DNA of 64,000 nucleotides from Eledone cirrhosa (Eukaryota): NCBI GenBank assembly GCA_964016885.1, contig OZ024746.1, positions 70,370,001 to 70,434,000 of the forward strand, read 5' to 3'. Shown piece by piece: positions 25,401 to 39,226 of this stretch (position 1 is its first letter; each line of letters starts with the position of its first letter). The notes under the pieces were generated by a model. It saw only the letters and a program-made list of their open reading frames with translations, ran no database searches and was not told where the DNA came from. The position numbers and the translations under genes were made by a program.

Positions 25401-26566
25401 CCCGTTTCTCGAGCAAGTCTATCTGCATGAAACAGATAAGATCATGAGAGTTGGGAAGGAAATCCTCGAGAGATATTCCAGGGAAGTCGCTCAGCAGTAT
25501 CGCAGTGAATCCATGGATGAAAAACTGCATGCTTATCAGCAAAAAAGCATGCATGGATATGTTGCCAGGAAGCTCCAGAGTGAGAGTAATATAGATAAGG
25601 AAAGTAGTCTTTCTTAGAATAACAACCGCTATATTGGCTCCCACTTTGAAGGATACGCTTTTGCAATCCAAGAACAGAAGATTAACACGAAATACCTGAT
25701 TCACAAAAGAGATAGGGATGCAGCAAAACACCTAGATGTGATAACAAGTGCAGATTCTGCAGAACTAACATCGAGGATATCACCCATGTCATCAGCAGCT
25801 GTCTAAAGATGTCATCGCGGTACTATCTACCTATGAGGCATGATGTAGTGGCCAAAACTCTGTACAATGCAGTTCGTAAAAAGGATAGCCCCGATAATAA
25901 ATACATTAAAAGCTACAGCAATGTGGAAGACATCCATGTACATAATATGAAAGAGTACTGGTGGAATGTTCCAGTAAAAACCCCAATAAAATGCAGGCAT
26001 AACAGACCAGATATTATGAAATGGGACAGGGAGAAGAAAGCATGCTCAGTAGTGGAAATTAGCTGCCCAGCAGATGCCAATATAATATCAAAGATTAGCG
26101 AAAAGGAGAATATTTATGCAGAACTGATGAGAAATCTGCAGATACTCCACCCTGATTACACCTTCAGATTTATGCCTATGATTATTGGGGCACTGTGGTA
26201 TGTTAGTAACTGCCACAATACAAATCTTGAGACGCTAGGCTTCACAGGAACAGAAAGAACACAACTAGTTAGGAAATTACAAGTACAATCCATTAACGGA
26301 ACAGTAAAAATATGTAAAACATTCCAAAAATGTTGCATCTAATAACTGCATATACACATGTACAGATACAAAGCATATACACATGCACACATACAACTCA
26401 AAACATACACATCCACACATACAATAACATCCATATCTACACATGCATGCATACATATCTACCTAATTGATGTTGTGTAAATTCCAATGTGAGAGTCTTG
26501 TGTCTATGTTAGAAACCGACTCTCTCTCTTTTGGTAAACATTTGTGAAATTATAAAACCAGAAGAA
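22482..26566 (+). mobile_element. Near full-length R4/Dong-like non-LTR retrotransposon (RT + CCHC + RLE) with several stops/frameshifts
   Basis: ORF pieces 22700-26342: WLDYRKAFDSVPHSW, GIFQGNSLS, FFVDDLKLY, CRFC..EDITHVISSC, RHDVVA, NRPDI, VVEISCP; followed by (CATA)n. Confidence 0.9.
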
Positions 26567-26620
26567 CATACATACATACATACATACATGCATACATACA
26601 TACATACATGCATACATACA

Positions 26621-26654
<34 letters not shown>

Positions 26655-26701
26655 CATACATACATACATACATACGTACATACGTACATACGTACATACA
26701 T

Positions 26702-26732
<31 letters not shown>

Positions 26733-27589
26733 TCCTGGTGCTAACCCGTTTAGTCGCTTCTTAAGCGGGTATAACTGTCTTAGAATGTCATTTGAAAGAA
26801 ATATAACTGCTTTTTCTAGCAATGTATTGGCAGTAGATTTGGTGATGGTGTAGAGTGCTGGCTAGAATGGGGAGTATTTCATTTCTTGATTTCAATGCTC
26901 CTTTCAATTTGTGAGCTTTTGCTGCATAACTAATTAATGCAATGCATCATTAATGAGATTAATATGATATATAAATAGAGCAACATATTATTTGACAATG
27001 CTCACAGATGTTGTCTCTTACTAGAGAATATCATACGGTAGCAGTGAAACCCCAGATGTGTTCAAAATTACACCTATAACTTCATTCCTATGTCCCTCCC
27101 CAGAGCTGAGAGGGCTCTACAGTCGGGTCTATGACCAACCTCTCTAGTTGCCACAAAAATGCACCCAGTACACTCCGTAAGGATATTTGGCGACAGATAG
27201 GGCAGTCCGCTGTCGAAACAATGCCCTAAAGTATTTAGAAGATCCGTTAGTTGTGTAAAAGACACAACAACCTCTCAAATGTTGGTGATCTACATGATAA
27301 GTGCACCCTGTAGACGCTGTAAACGTGATACAGATCCCTCGGCCTGTCTGGAAGGTCAATGGCCCCACTTCAGTACTGAATTGGTCTATGTAGATCTGTC
27401 CAACCCTTGCTAGCAATGAAAGCGGGCGTTAAATGATAATAATGATATATATATATATTATCTTTCTTTGATTTTAACCCGTATGAGGGTTGATCTTTTG
27501 TGAGTGGCTGTGGTCTTTGCACCATGAAAGCCGAGGAAAATCTAGAGGGTAAGCGCCACATAATCAATAAACGCTCCGATTTCTTTAAC

Positions 27590-27960
27590 AGATGTAGACA
27601 CAAAATATCAAAACTTTTCCTAAAGCTCCTTAGTTAGCATTTAATTTAAAACTTATACCTTTTAAATCTCCCCTCTCATCAACGTGAATACGACCCACAT
27701 ATTACATCATTTCACAACCCCTTAGTACGTTGATGTGTAGGTGCACTGGTTTATCTATCCTATGGAGTGCCGAGCCTTTTCATTTCCCTTGCTAACACCA
27801 CGCTTCCATAGTTAATACTCGTTACCCTTCCACCCTACAGATTAGGAACCGAATTAACAGTTCCCCTAACATCTAAATTTCAATCTTCACTTTTACTTTT
27901 GGTATGATTTCCTATCTTTCCTCTATCTATTTACCTCTTTGTATGAGTGACCTCTGTATA
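27590..27960. repeat. Dispersed repeat, second copy at ~29800-30190
   Basis: Shared AAATATCAAAAC..TTTCCTAAAGCTCC...GACCCACATATTACATCATTTCAC...CTTTGTATGAG. Confidence 0.8.
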
Positions 27961-28369
27961 CGCATATGTACGTGCTCGCATGAGTTGTGTGTCTTTCAGC
28001 GAGTGCGTCCATGTGGGTGAATATATAGCTCACGTATACCTCACGTGTACCTGCACATACTACTGCAATAGGACCATACACTCGTGCGCATGACTACGAC
28101 GATGCGAACACACTATATTTAGATCTAGCTCGCACATACGATCATAGCAACAACGCACGCTTTAGCTTAAGCACAGGCTCTCTCTCGTCTGTGCCACACC
28201 CTAGATATATGACCATTTACCATAGACTTACTGACGCTAACGTTGTAGTGATAGGGATAAGATGATCGTCATTCCCCGCTTAGAGTTAACTGATAAAGGT
28301 AGGATAAAAATAGATTAATCAACTGTTTTATAAACCCTTCTATTTCTTCGCCGACTTATTCCTGAGATG

Positions 28370-28760
28370 CTTGTGGGAGCAGAGTCCTCAAACACTCCTT
28401 CCATCAGGTCCTGTCAGAAGCAACCGTCACCAACTGTTCCAGTTGAATCCCCAAGCGAGACCAGCCAAGCTCATGGATGTTATCCAACTATCTTGCTCGA
28501 GGTCTACACCTGGGTCTCCTGTCGATTGGTTTTGCCTGTAAAATCTGTCCAGAGGTTCTTTCCTGAGACATTCCAACCACATGCTCGTAGTATCGGAGCT
28601 TTTATTTCTCAATTCGGGGAAATAGCGGTTCTACCAGGAATGACTCTCTTTCATTTCCGAGCTACGTACTCTATCGAGTAACGTTACTCCAAAGACGCTT
28701 CGGAGAAACCCCATTTCGGCCGCTTGTATTCGCGATCGTATTCTTTCGGTCATTACCTAA
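28370..28760 (-). mobile_element. Decayed RTE-like LINE 3' fragment
   Basis: Frameshifted EHVVGMSQER...QILQAKP..RRPRCRPR pattern. Confidence 0.5.
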
Positions 28761-28798
28761 GATTCTTTGAAGATGGCGAGTTAGGCTTTTGCACCTAC

Positions 28799-28851
28799 CT
28801 CCCTTCTTCCTGTTACTGAATGCTGAAGCTGGCGCATTACTGCACCAGCTC
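28799..28851 (-). CDS. Tentative host gene exon 3: (W)SWCSNAPASAFSNRKKG(G)
   Basis: ttacag / gtaggt; 53 nt, phase 2/1, bridges 31997 to 19936 in frame; weak polypyrimidine tract. Confidence 0.35.
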
Positions 28852-29340
28852 CTGTAATTCTTGCACTTAAATCATCCTCAAGTATATTCTTGAGTGTTTA
28901 ACCAAAGAATGAAATACTTGACTCATTTAATATACTGACCTACTTTCATCACCTACTACTACCACCATTGTAGCTTCCTCTCCCGTGACTCTGGCTTGCC
29001 AGTGCCAGTGCCAGCGCTCGGAAAGCATATGCTTGCCTGAAACAGAAATGTTAATACCTCTTTCATGACAGGCCTATCAGAAACAAAAAACAAATATTAT
29101 TTACATTTCAATTGCCTTTCATCCTTACGAGGTCGATAAAATAAAGTACCAGTAATGCACTAGGTAATTGCTGGCCTTATGCCAAAAGTAGAAACAATTA
29201 TTTACATTTACACACCTGTCAGACGACAACACATCCGAAAACTGTTACATAATGACTTTTTTGATGCCTTTGAAATGTATATAATGGGTGTGATGTAACA
29301 AATTGAAGTTGAATATGTGATACCGTCTCTCTCCCTTTTC

Positions 29341-29399
<59 letters not shown>

Positions 29400-29638
29400 G
29401 GGTGCCTAGTCATTTTTAGTAGAAATGTTAAAAGGTAAATAAATACTCACTGACGCCACCAGAAGCTGAAAAAGAAATATACAACATTAGTATCCAATAT
29501 GATAATACGTCACATGCATTTGTATATATTTTTATTCTTCGTTTGTTGCTTGGTGTCATCAAAATACCAGGGAATGTGAGTGAAAAGGGAAATAGATATA
29601 GAAACAAAGCTGGGGAGAAAGAGAGTGATAGATAGATA

Positions 29639-29709
<71 letters not shown>

Positions 29710-29712
<3 letters not shown>

Positions 29713-29795
29713 TTCTTTATTAGCCACAGGGGCACAAAAGAAGGGGACAAATACAAAGGGGGAAGTTTACATACAATAAAAACGTGTAAAATGTT
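29710..29795 (-). mobile_element. Short 3' end of a Tx1-family LINE with (TCTA)n tail
   Basis: Reverse complement matches the 3' UTR at 7790-7870 (GTAAACTCCCCC.TTTGTATTTGTCCC...GCCC.GTGGC.AATAAA); abuts (GATA)n 29627-29711. Confidence 0.7.
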
Positions 29796-30317
29796 ATCAC
29801 AGATGGAATTTAGATAGATAGATAATGAGAATGAGAGAAATATCAAAACATTTTCCTAAAGCTCCTTAACGTTTAGATTATAGCCTATACCTTTTGAACT
29901 CCCTCCCACCCTATCATCAACATGAATACGACCCACATATTACATCATTTCACAGCCCCTTAGTACGTTGATGTGTAGGTGCACTGGTTTATCTACCCTA
30001 TGGAGTGTCGAGCCGTTTCATTTCCCTTAGATAGTTCCTCCCTCTAACTTCTGCTAACACCACGCTTCCACCCTACCGATTAAGGACCGAATTAACAGTT
30101 TCCCTAACATTTAAATTTCAATCTTCACCTTTACTTTTGGTGTGATTTCCTATCTTTCCTCTATCCATCTACGCCTTTGTATGAGGGATCTCTGTGTGCG
30201 CGCGTATGGGTTGTGTGTCTGTCAGCGTGTGTGCATAGAGTTATCAACCATTATACATACATACATACATACATACATACATACATACATACATACATAC
30301 ATACATACATACATACA

Positions 30318-30897
30318 TGGTGGCTGCCAACTCGTTTTCGAGTACGGCCACTTCTTTATATCCATGTAGGAGAACCCCTACCGATGCGCTGAACGAGTGT
30401 GACTTTTTAGTCCAGCCAGCGACTTGAAAACTCTGGTACAAACACTACACTTGTGACAATTATTGACACATAGTGCTGGGCCCATGGTACCATGTGACGA
30501 CAAGTGCAAAGAGATCTCCAGATATAAAGCAATGCCTGTGCCGTGAAGCTTTTATAGTGAGCAAAGGCACTGCACAAAGCCAGTCCCACTCTCTTAACCA
30601 AGATGATATTTACCAAAAAGAAGAACAAGTCAACATCATTGGATACCATCAGGGTTGCAGGTGTTATATCAGAATTTTCCTTCTCCTAGAATTCTGCCTT
30701 GACAAAGGCTAAGGGGTCATCTCTCCCGGTGATTTTGGATGGCTATTGACACTTAAGAGCCCCTTTGCCTTTTGACAGGTTTTGTTTTTAGTCCTGCAGG
30801 ATGTCCAAAGTCACCCTCCTCACCAAGAAACCTTGGTGGGGTTGCCAGTTTAGTCGCCAACGACCCGACCATGAGACAGGTTGTACTGGGATACATG

Positions 30898-30900
<3 letters not shown>
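30318..30900 (+). mobile_element. Non-coding repeat bounded by (TACA)n; 3' part recurs at 44280-44475
   Basis: Shared GTCCTGCAGG.TGTCCAAA.TCACCCTCCTCACCAAG...GACCCGACCATG; both copies end in TACA repeats. Confidence 0.7.
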
Positions 30901-30928
<28 letters not shown>

Positions 30929-31585
30929 CATACATACATACATACATACATACATACATACATACATACATACATACATAACAGATCCTGAACAAGCAAT
31001 ACCTGTGCTTTGAAGGTTTTTTAAGTGGGGAAAGGCCTTGCACTCGACCAATCCCACTCTCTGAGCATCGAAACCACTTCCCGAAAAAGAGAATTGGTCA
31101 ACATCATCGGATGCTTCCGAAGCCGCAGGTTTTTTTTAAGAATTTCCCTTCTTAGAAAGGTGTTGTGACAATAACTGGGGGAAAAAAAAGTACTATTTGG
31201 ATGGCCGTTGACTCTTCCGAGTTCCGAGTTCCTTTCTTTGCACTTACATACATATATATTGTTGCTGTTATGCCTTCCGTTGGTTTCAACGATGAATGTT
31301 CTGGTTGATTCAATCAACAGAACAGCCTGCTCGTGAAATTAGCGAGAAAGTAGCTGAGCATTTCACTGACATGTGTGTAATTGACGCAATTTTCATGGAG
31401 ATTTAACGTTGCAAAGTGTGTGATAAAGCTGGACCCTCGAATTACAAATACATCTCAGTTTTGCTACTTCTGTGAACTGGAATAGCGTCCACAGACACAA
31501 AGCGCCGTCGGGAACTGAATTCACGACCTTACGATCACAAACACTGGAACCATTAAACCACGTGTATTCTCTCTCTCTCTCTCTG

Positions 31586-31681
<96 letters not shown>

Positions 31682-31996
31682 ATACATATATACATACATA
31701 CATGCACACATAGATAAAGCCTATAAAGTTCAGTGCCAAATCTTTTGATGAAATGAAATTGACATCCTATGTAAATTAGTTAAGTGAGACTTCGGAAGGA
31801 TAGAGGTATAGAGAGGGTGGGGAGAGAGAATGAGAGAACTAAAGACTTCGTGTACTTTGCTATGTATTCCTACTCGTTTTAGGGACTGCTTTTAATTTGA
31901 TAATTTTCCACGAAGAAAGATTACAATAATTCTTCAATTCCTCTTTAATGTTTGAAGAAGAATCTTGAATAAATATTTCAAAGCGAAAATGGTTAC

Positions 31997-32027
31997 CATA
32001 GCAAGAGAATCTGGAGCTGTAGTAGAA
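31997..32027 (-). CDS. Tentative host gene exon 2: (I)LLQLQILLL(W)
   Basis: Good pyrimidine tract, ctag / gtaacc; 31 nt, phase 1/2. Confidence 0.4.
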
Positions 32028-33049
32028 CTAGATAATCCAGAAAATAAAGATTGGTAAAATAAAAAAGCCATACAAAATATATATGACATGAGGGCCCATG
32101 AAAAGCTGGTAAGAAATCCAGGCCAATTGTAAAATGTAGCCCTTTCATCCAAAACACTTTAGTGAATCTATTAACGGATACAGGACGAAAAATATTAGCT
32201 GGGACAGATTTGTTTCCTTGCCCTACAAACATCAAGTGTTACGGAGCATTTTCATGTTGTTGATATTAAATCGTTATAATTCATTTCTCCAGGGTTGATA
32301 AAATAAAGTACCTGTCAAATCCTGGATCTTTTTGATAAACTTTTCCCCTCTCCAAAATTAGAAACCATTATTGTTCATCTGGCAGAGAAAAAAATTAAAT
32401 GTTATTTTTGCTTGTGTTTTCTGTCCTTCATTTAAGAAATTTAATTCAAACCCTGCGCCCTGAGTTCAAATCTCGCTGAGGCCAACTTCATTTATCATCC
32501 CCTCGAGATCGAAAAATAAAGTACCAGTCCCTCAGATTTCTCATAATGACTTCACTTATATAACACTTACATAACATCAGGCAGGGAAATGACTCAGTCA
32601 TTGTCCCGGCTCTCTACATTCTGAGTTCAAATCCCGCTGATCTAACTTGTCCTTTCATCCTTTAGAGTTTGCTAAACAAAATACCAGTCATTTACTGGAG
32701 TCAATTTCTCCTGAACCGGCTATATGAAAGACCTAATACTGCCAAGTATTTTATTTGGTGCTCTAAGGATTCTGTCAATGGCACCGTCCTATTTATGAAA
32801 GTAATAGTAATGATGATAAAAATTATATTTACCAGGGGAGATTGCAACACTGCTTAAGACGAATAGGAGTGAAATCAGCATCATTATTGTGGTTCTTGTT
32901 TGCCTTACAAGTGGCTTTCTTTTCTTGTAAGTCTTACTTTTATAACGACTGTTTGAACAGGTGAAATTTCACAGGATTCTAAATGGAATTAGGAGGACGA
33001 GACAGAGATTCAAACTCACAAATCATCACCACCATCATCACCACCACCT

Positions 33050-33100
<51 letters not shown>

Positions 33101-33179
33101 TTTAAAATATTTAGCCTTCGGTTTTAAATAAAGGATAACGTAAAAGAAAAAACATGATTCAAAAACTACAGCAATGTGC

Positions 33180-33235
<56 letters not shown>

Positions 33236-33389
33236 TAGAATTAAAAATTGAAGGATTATGTGAAGTGCCAACTGTTCAGAATGTGGAATGATACTCTTTG
33301 TTGTCATTTCTTGTATTAAAATAGTAGATATGAAAGAATTTGTATTGCTATTTAAGTGAGATATTTAGGAGATCACATTCAATACGTAC

Positions 33390-33423
33390 TTTGTCTGATT
33401 ATTGACAAAATATCTTTCTTCAT
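33390..33423 (-). CDS. Tentative host gene first coding exon: MKKDILSIIRQ
   Basis: aaagaaATG context; donor gtacgt; 34 nt, phase 1. Confidence 0.4.
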
Positions 33424-33514
33424 TTCTTTGTTAATTTCTTTCTTTTTTCTTTTCTTTGTCACGTTTCTTTAAGAATTAAATCTGAATATAGTTAGGTTTT
33501 TAGAGAAAGCGTGG

Positions 33515-33521
33515 GAGAGAG

Positions 33522-33597
<76 letters not shown>

Positions 33598-33717
33598 CGA
33601 GAGAGAGAGAAAGAGTGAGAGAGAGAGAGAAAGAGAGAGAGAGAAGTGAGTGAGAGAAAGAGTGAGTGAGAGAGAGAGAGCGAGAGAGAGAGAGAGGAAG
33701 AGTGAGAGATAGAAAGA

Positions 33718-33762
<45 letters not shown>

Positions 33763-33856
33763 GAGTGAGAGAAAGAGTGAGTGAGAGAGAGAGCGAGGGA
33801 GAGAGAGAGAAAGAGTGAGAGAGGGTGAGAGAGAGGGGGGAGTGAGTCAGTGAGTG

Positions 33857-33912
<56 letters not shown>
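33515..33912. repeat. (GA)n/(GATA)n compound microsatellite
   Basis: Direct inspection. Confidence 0.95.
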
Positions 33913-35450
33913 TCTTAAAGCTTGTTTAAAACAGCAACAGCTGTTGAATATATTTAACGCCTTTTTATTAGACATTTTCGTTCAGTATTCAACCAATCGA
34001 CAACGCTGTCTCTAATTGTTTCATTTTCAGGTGGAAGGAAAAAGCGGAAACTTTAAATTCTTCGAATCATCTCACTAAAGTCTATTATTTCAGACGACAC
34101 TAACCATTGTAATATGAGTGGAACTACTTTACTGGATTGTGAAAAGTCTCTATTTCCTTTAGTGTAGGAATATACTGTATCTTTCTTTGCCTCATCCAGG
34201 CCTAATATGCTAACTACCAACGCCTGTCGTATCAATAAAATACATGATAACCACAAGCCTTATCAATTATTACATCCATCGCCAGTTTCCTTGGATTTCG
34301 TATTTTGTTTTTGCTTTTGCTTTAAGGTGGTTTTCAGTTGTTTTTGTTGTTGTTGTTGTTGTTGTTGTTGTTTTTGTTTTTTTGCAGGTGTAAAAATCTT
34401 AAGATAAACTCAGTTGGTTCTATATTTCCCTACCCTCCTTTTTACCGTAAATCCAGGTTCTTCTGTTCATCTTGTAGAATATAAAGCAGAAGTCATATGA
34501 TGGGTGAATCCCTTATAAGACTTAATAGTAATTCAAGATTTCAAGATGGATACCGGTAGTCGCCTTAATCACTGATAGATTTCATAGCGATCTGTATAGC
34601 TTGATAAATTAGTCTAGCTTGAGTTACATGTCGTGTTATAGACACAACACACTGCCAAGTACGAGGCCTCTGTCTAACGTGTTAATTCAAATAACTGCGA
34701 GTCACGAGACATCATCTGCCACACGGTTTAACAACACCACCTAATTCCTAGCTCCCTTTGGCTAACGAAATTCACTCTGTTCATTGGCGTCAGGTCACGC
34801 GTTTGAAAATAACTTCCTCCTGTTACGGAAAATCCTCTGAAAAATATCATATGAGTTGGCATTTCTCATTTGGCTAAGCCAGAGTTGAAGAACCTTTTTA
34901 ATCTGAAGAATCATGTTTATCAAAAATGAGAATAATAGTAATTGGGACCATCCGAGCCGCATAACTTATAAACAAAAATACACACACAAAATTTAGTTAA
35001 CATTTTTCGTACCCAATGTAGGTTTGAGAATTAGATTTTATCTGAAATTGTTTCAATGTCTAGGTCATAAGTCATGGTTATTTTATTTTAATACAAGATT
35101 GTACATGCAATAAAATGGAAAACATTCAGATCATCTAAGAGCCCCATCCTACACCTCGAGATAGGCTAATGAGCTGCAGGGTCCCGACCTCGAAATAAAA
35201 CACTTTCTTTTTTTAATGAATAATGAATAATGAATATTTATGCTAGACCTTAGATATATTTCAAAGAAGATTATGGTGAATTTAAGGTAAATATAACTAT
35301 GGTGTTTTTGTTGTTGTTGTTGTTGTTGTTGTTTTCTCTAACCACTCAGCCACACGCCTTCACATATATATATGTGTATATATATATATATAGAGAGAGA
35401 GAGAAAAGATGAATATAAAATGAAAGTGCTTTTATAAAGGAATTTATTAG

Positions 35451-35569
35451 GTATTGACATATGTTTCTGTAACAGACGGAATACCTATGTATTGCTGCTT
35501 GCGTAATCATATAATGTTAGCAAGTATTCGATAGCAAATTTATAATCAGTTGTCACTTCTTCAGAGATA
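35451..35569 (-). ncRNA. Hammerhead motif (extended stem II, weak stem I)
   Basis: CTGAAGA AGTGAC...GTTACA GAAA CATATG TC AATAC. Confidence 0.6.
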
Positions 35570-38031
35570 TTGGGTAAATTGGAAAAAATCAGAAAAATCA
35601 AAGTATTTATATTAGTTGTAAGAAAGGAAGAAGAGAAGGGATAGTATAATTTGCTGGTAAACAAGTATATAGAAGGTTTTTAATGAGAATACAATGAGTA
35701 TATGGCTTATTTTATCTAAATAAGAATTTTTGGGAGTGCCTATTTTAATCTATATTTGACCTGTTGAACAATGGACAGGGCTGGTAGTAGTATTAATACA
35801 GATACAAAGTGTCAAGTAAGGAAGAGAGAGATTTTCACTGCTACTGTATAACAACAATGCTGGTAGCCTGCTGGTATATGCATTAGGGAATTGAATTAAG
35901 AAATCTCTTTTTATCTATAGCAGTTTATATTAAATGGTAAAGAATAGAAGAGTTGATAGAATTAAGAGTAATAGAGAATGTTAATATGTATTTTGACAAT
36001 CAAACGGAGATGGAGGCAGGTGTTCAATCCTGGTAGCGTTTGTAATATGAAATGTAGATCGGTTCAAGCGATGGTTACAGTATAACGATCGCTCTATTCT
36101 GTTATTTAATAAAATATTTTTGGATTTCATAATACAGAATATTTCCATATTACACAATTTACAAAATTCCTGTCCTTGGAAATATGCAGGGGCAGATACT
36201 ATTATATCCCATTTTAGGTTAAATTGTTGGTTATTTTCGCGCAGCTGCCAAGCCTTGCCTGCGAGTGTTGTTACATAACGCTGGTTTTCATGTTTTATCG
36301 AGTAACGATGTCTATAAAGGCGAGATTTGAAGGAGGTAGCTGTAGACCCCACATAGTACCACTTCTGGCTACCCGATTCGATAGTACATTTGTATATGAT
36401 GTTGCGTTCAAGACACTGATTGTTCAACGGACACATTCCTGGTTGGACACAGTTACAGTTATAATTATGCGTTGTTGTATTACCATGGATAGGTTGATGA
36501 GGTTGCTTAGGCAGGACGGGGTGTTGTTTGTTGTTTTGTGATGTTATAGCCGATGTTTTACGTGTATTGTTATGTGTTGGAAGGCGTTTATGCAACCGTT
36601 TTGCGTTAAGCTTTTTTATATGTTGTTCAATATTAGGGGCGGTTGAATATGAAAGTCGAATAGTGTTAGGGTTTAAGATTTTATTATATTTATGTGATGT
36701 TGGAAAATGTTTTTTAACTAATCGAAAGAATTGTGAGGGTAGATTGGTTTTAATAGAGTTGTTATAGACCGGGTTGTACCATATATACTCTTTACATCGC
36801 CTTCTGTTTGGTGGTGTGCGACTATTAGTGTGTCTATTGCGGTAGTGTATGTATGGTGGTGATTCTATGCTATTTCTACCTCTATGAGATTTATTTTGGG
36901 TGTTTTGGTGATCGTCGACTATATACTCTATATTATCTAGGTGTCCAACCTTCCTAAGTGCATCATCATAATATTCGGCATGTTCTTTGAAGGTTTGCTG
37001 GTTGGACGACAGGTGGGAGATTCTAAGGGAAATATTTCTAGGGATGGATTTAATTATAGAGGGTGGATGGTTAGAACCCGTATTTACATATTTAAGGTTC
37101 TCATTTAGTTTATGGAACGGTTTAATCGTTTCTGTATTGAGATTCAAAGTAACATCAAGGAAATTAACCTCTTTGAGGTTATATTCAAACGTAATATTTA
37201 ATCATAGTTCCTTAAAAGGTTTTCTAATATTTTTACGCATCCTTTCTAAATTCTGGTTATTCATATGCTTAACTATAAGGAGCGCATCGTCACGGTAGAG
37301 TCAACCGTGAAGATCCTTGAATTTTCCTTGTAGTCTGTGGGTGATATAAATTCCCACAAGATCAGTTACTTCCGCCGAATCATTGGAACCCATAGTTATA
37401 TCGGGAATTTTGTAAATTGTGTAATATGGAAATATTCTGTATTATGAAATCCAAAAATATTTTATTAAATAACAGAATAGAGCGATCGTTATACTGTAAC
37501 CATCGCTTGAACCAATCTACATTTCATATTACAAACGCTACCAGGATTGAACACCTGTCTCCATCTCCGTTTGATTGTCAAAATACATATTAACATTCTC
37601 TATTACTCTTAATTCTATCAACTCTTCTATTCTTTACCATTTAATATAAACTGCTATAGATAAAATGAGATTTCTTAATTCAATTCCCTAATGCATATAC
37701 CAGCAGGCTACCAGCATTGTTGTTATACAGTAGCAGTGAAAATCTCTCTCTTCCTTACTGGACACTTTATATCTGTATTAATATTGCTACACCAAACGAC
37801 CAGCCCTGTCCATTGTTCAATTGGTCAAATATAGATTAAAATAGGCACTCCCAAAAATTCTTATTTAGATAAAATAAGCCATATACTCATTGTATTCTCA
37901 TTAAAAACCTTCTATATACTTGTTTACCAGCAAATTGAATTGCCATCTGTCATATACTATCCCTTCTCTTCTTCCTTTCTTACAACTAATATAAATACTT
38001 TGATTTTTCTGATTTTTTCCAATTTATCCAA

Positions 38032-38150
38032 TATCTCTGAAGAAGTGACAACTGATTATACATTGGCTATCGAATACTTGCTAACATTATATGATTACGC
38101 AAGCAGCAATACATAGGTATTCCGTCTGTTACAGAAACATATGTCAATAC
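38032..38150 (+). ncRNA. Hammerhead motif, inverted copy of 35451-35569
   Basis: CTGAAGA 38037-43; GAAA CATATG TC 38134-45. Confidence 0.6.
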
Positions 38151-38301
38151 CCAATAAATTCCTTTATAAAAGCACTTTCATTTTATATTCATCCTTTCTA
38201 CATTTTCTCCGGAATATAATTTATACTCGTTGAGGAAACCTACACGTACGCTGTTCATCTCTAACGTGACGATATATTATCACTACATTATTGATAACTT
38301 G

Positions 38302-38338
<37 letters not shown>

Positions 38339-38485
38339 TATTTTCCGTTGTGTTGTAATATAAATATTACACACAGTAGATTATCAGCTCACGTAGAGTT
38401 TGCTCGACGGTTCCAGTTGTAGTTCCAAAAGTAATCCGGAGAAAAATAGAAAGATTTGAATGGATACAGTTTAGTTGAAAGGAAT

Positions 38486-38602
38486 TTATTGACACGTGTT
38501 TCTATAACAGTTACATAACCTAAAACAGCTATCTACAAACTTTTAGTTATGCAGACATTCAATATTTCAATGTTATTATTTACTGTCATTTCATCAGAAT
38601 AA
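38486..38602 (-). ncRNA. Type I hammerhead ribozyme motif
   Basis: Mirror copy of 40966-41082. Confidence 0.85.
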
Positions 38603-39188
38603 TATTACTGAGGACCTATTTAGTTTTTATAGAGAATATTAGGAGGGAGGGGTGAAGTTGTTAGAAGAATAGTTGAAGGAGTGGTTTTTCGATAGCAGTG
38701 AGAATTCTTGGTGGCAGTGAGTAATTAGATTCCCATCTGTTGTTTTGACATTTTTTATAGAATATATTATTGGTTATTTTTCTAAATCTATAGAAGGATT
38801 AGAGATAGTGAAGATATGCGTGGTTGGTTTTGTGTTTGCACTTAATTAACATTCAGGCTTAAATTTTTCTTTCAAGTGTACGTATCCTTTCACCCACGCA
38901 TTCACACACAAATATATTTGCACACCTCTACAAAATACATATACACACAATTCACATATTCATACTTACATATATATACACATGCATACACATATATATA
39001 CACACATGTATTCATGTACATACATACGCGCTCATGTGTATACATTTTCATACTCAACTTATCTTTATATACACACGTATAGACACACACATATATACAT
39101 ACATACTCTAGTCCATGTGTACACACATACACATACATACACATCCATATACACATATATACATACACATATATACATACATATATAC

Positions 39189-39226
<38 letters not shown>

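Larger units (their letters stand above)
35405..38195 (-). mobile_element. 5'-truncated Penelope-like element (YRDD type, probably Naiad-like) with inverted pseudo-LTR
   Basis: LYRDDALL at ~37270-37300; SNHPPSIIK, CNC..CPL..CL, IIYKC..YVGST (GIY-YIG) in ORF 35981-37147; 35408-36169 inverted at 37405-38193. Confidence 0.92.

Noticed and set aside
26745-26930. Possible extra exon of the host gene
   Set aside because: No acceptor/donor pair gave a stop-free, phase-compatible join with a credible donor
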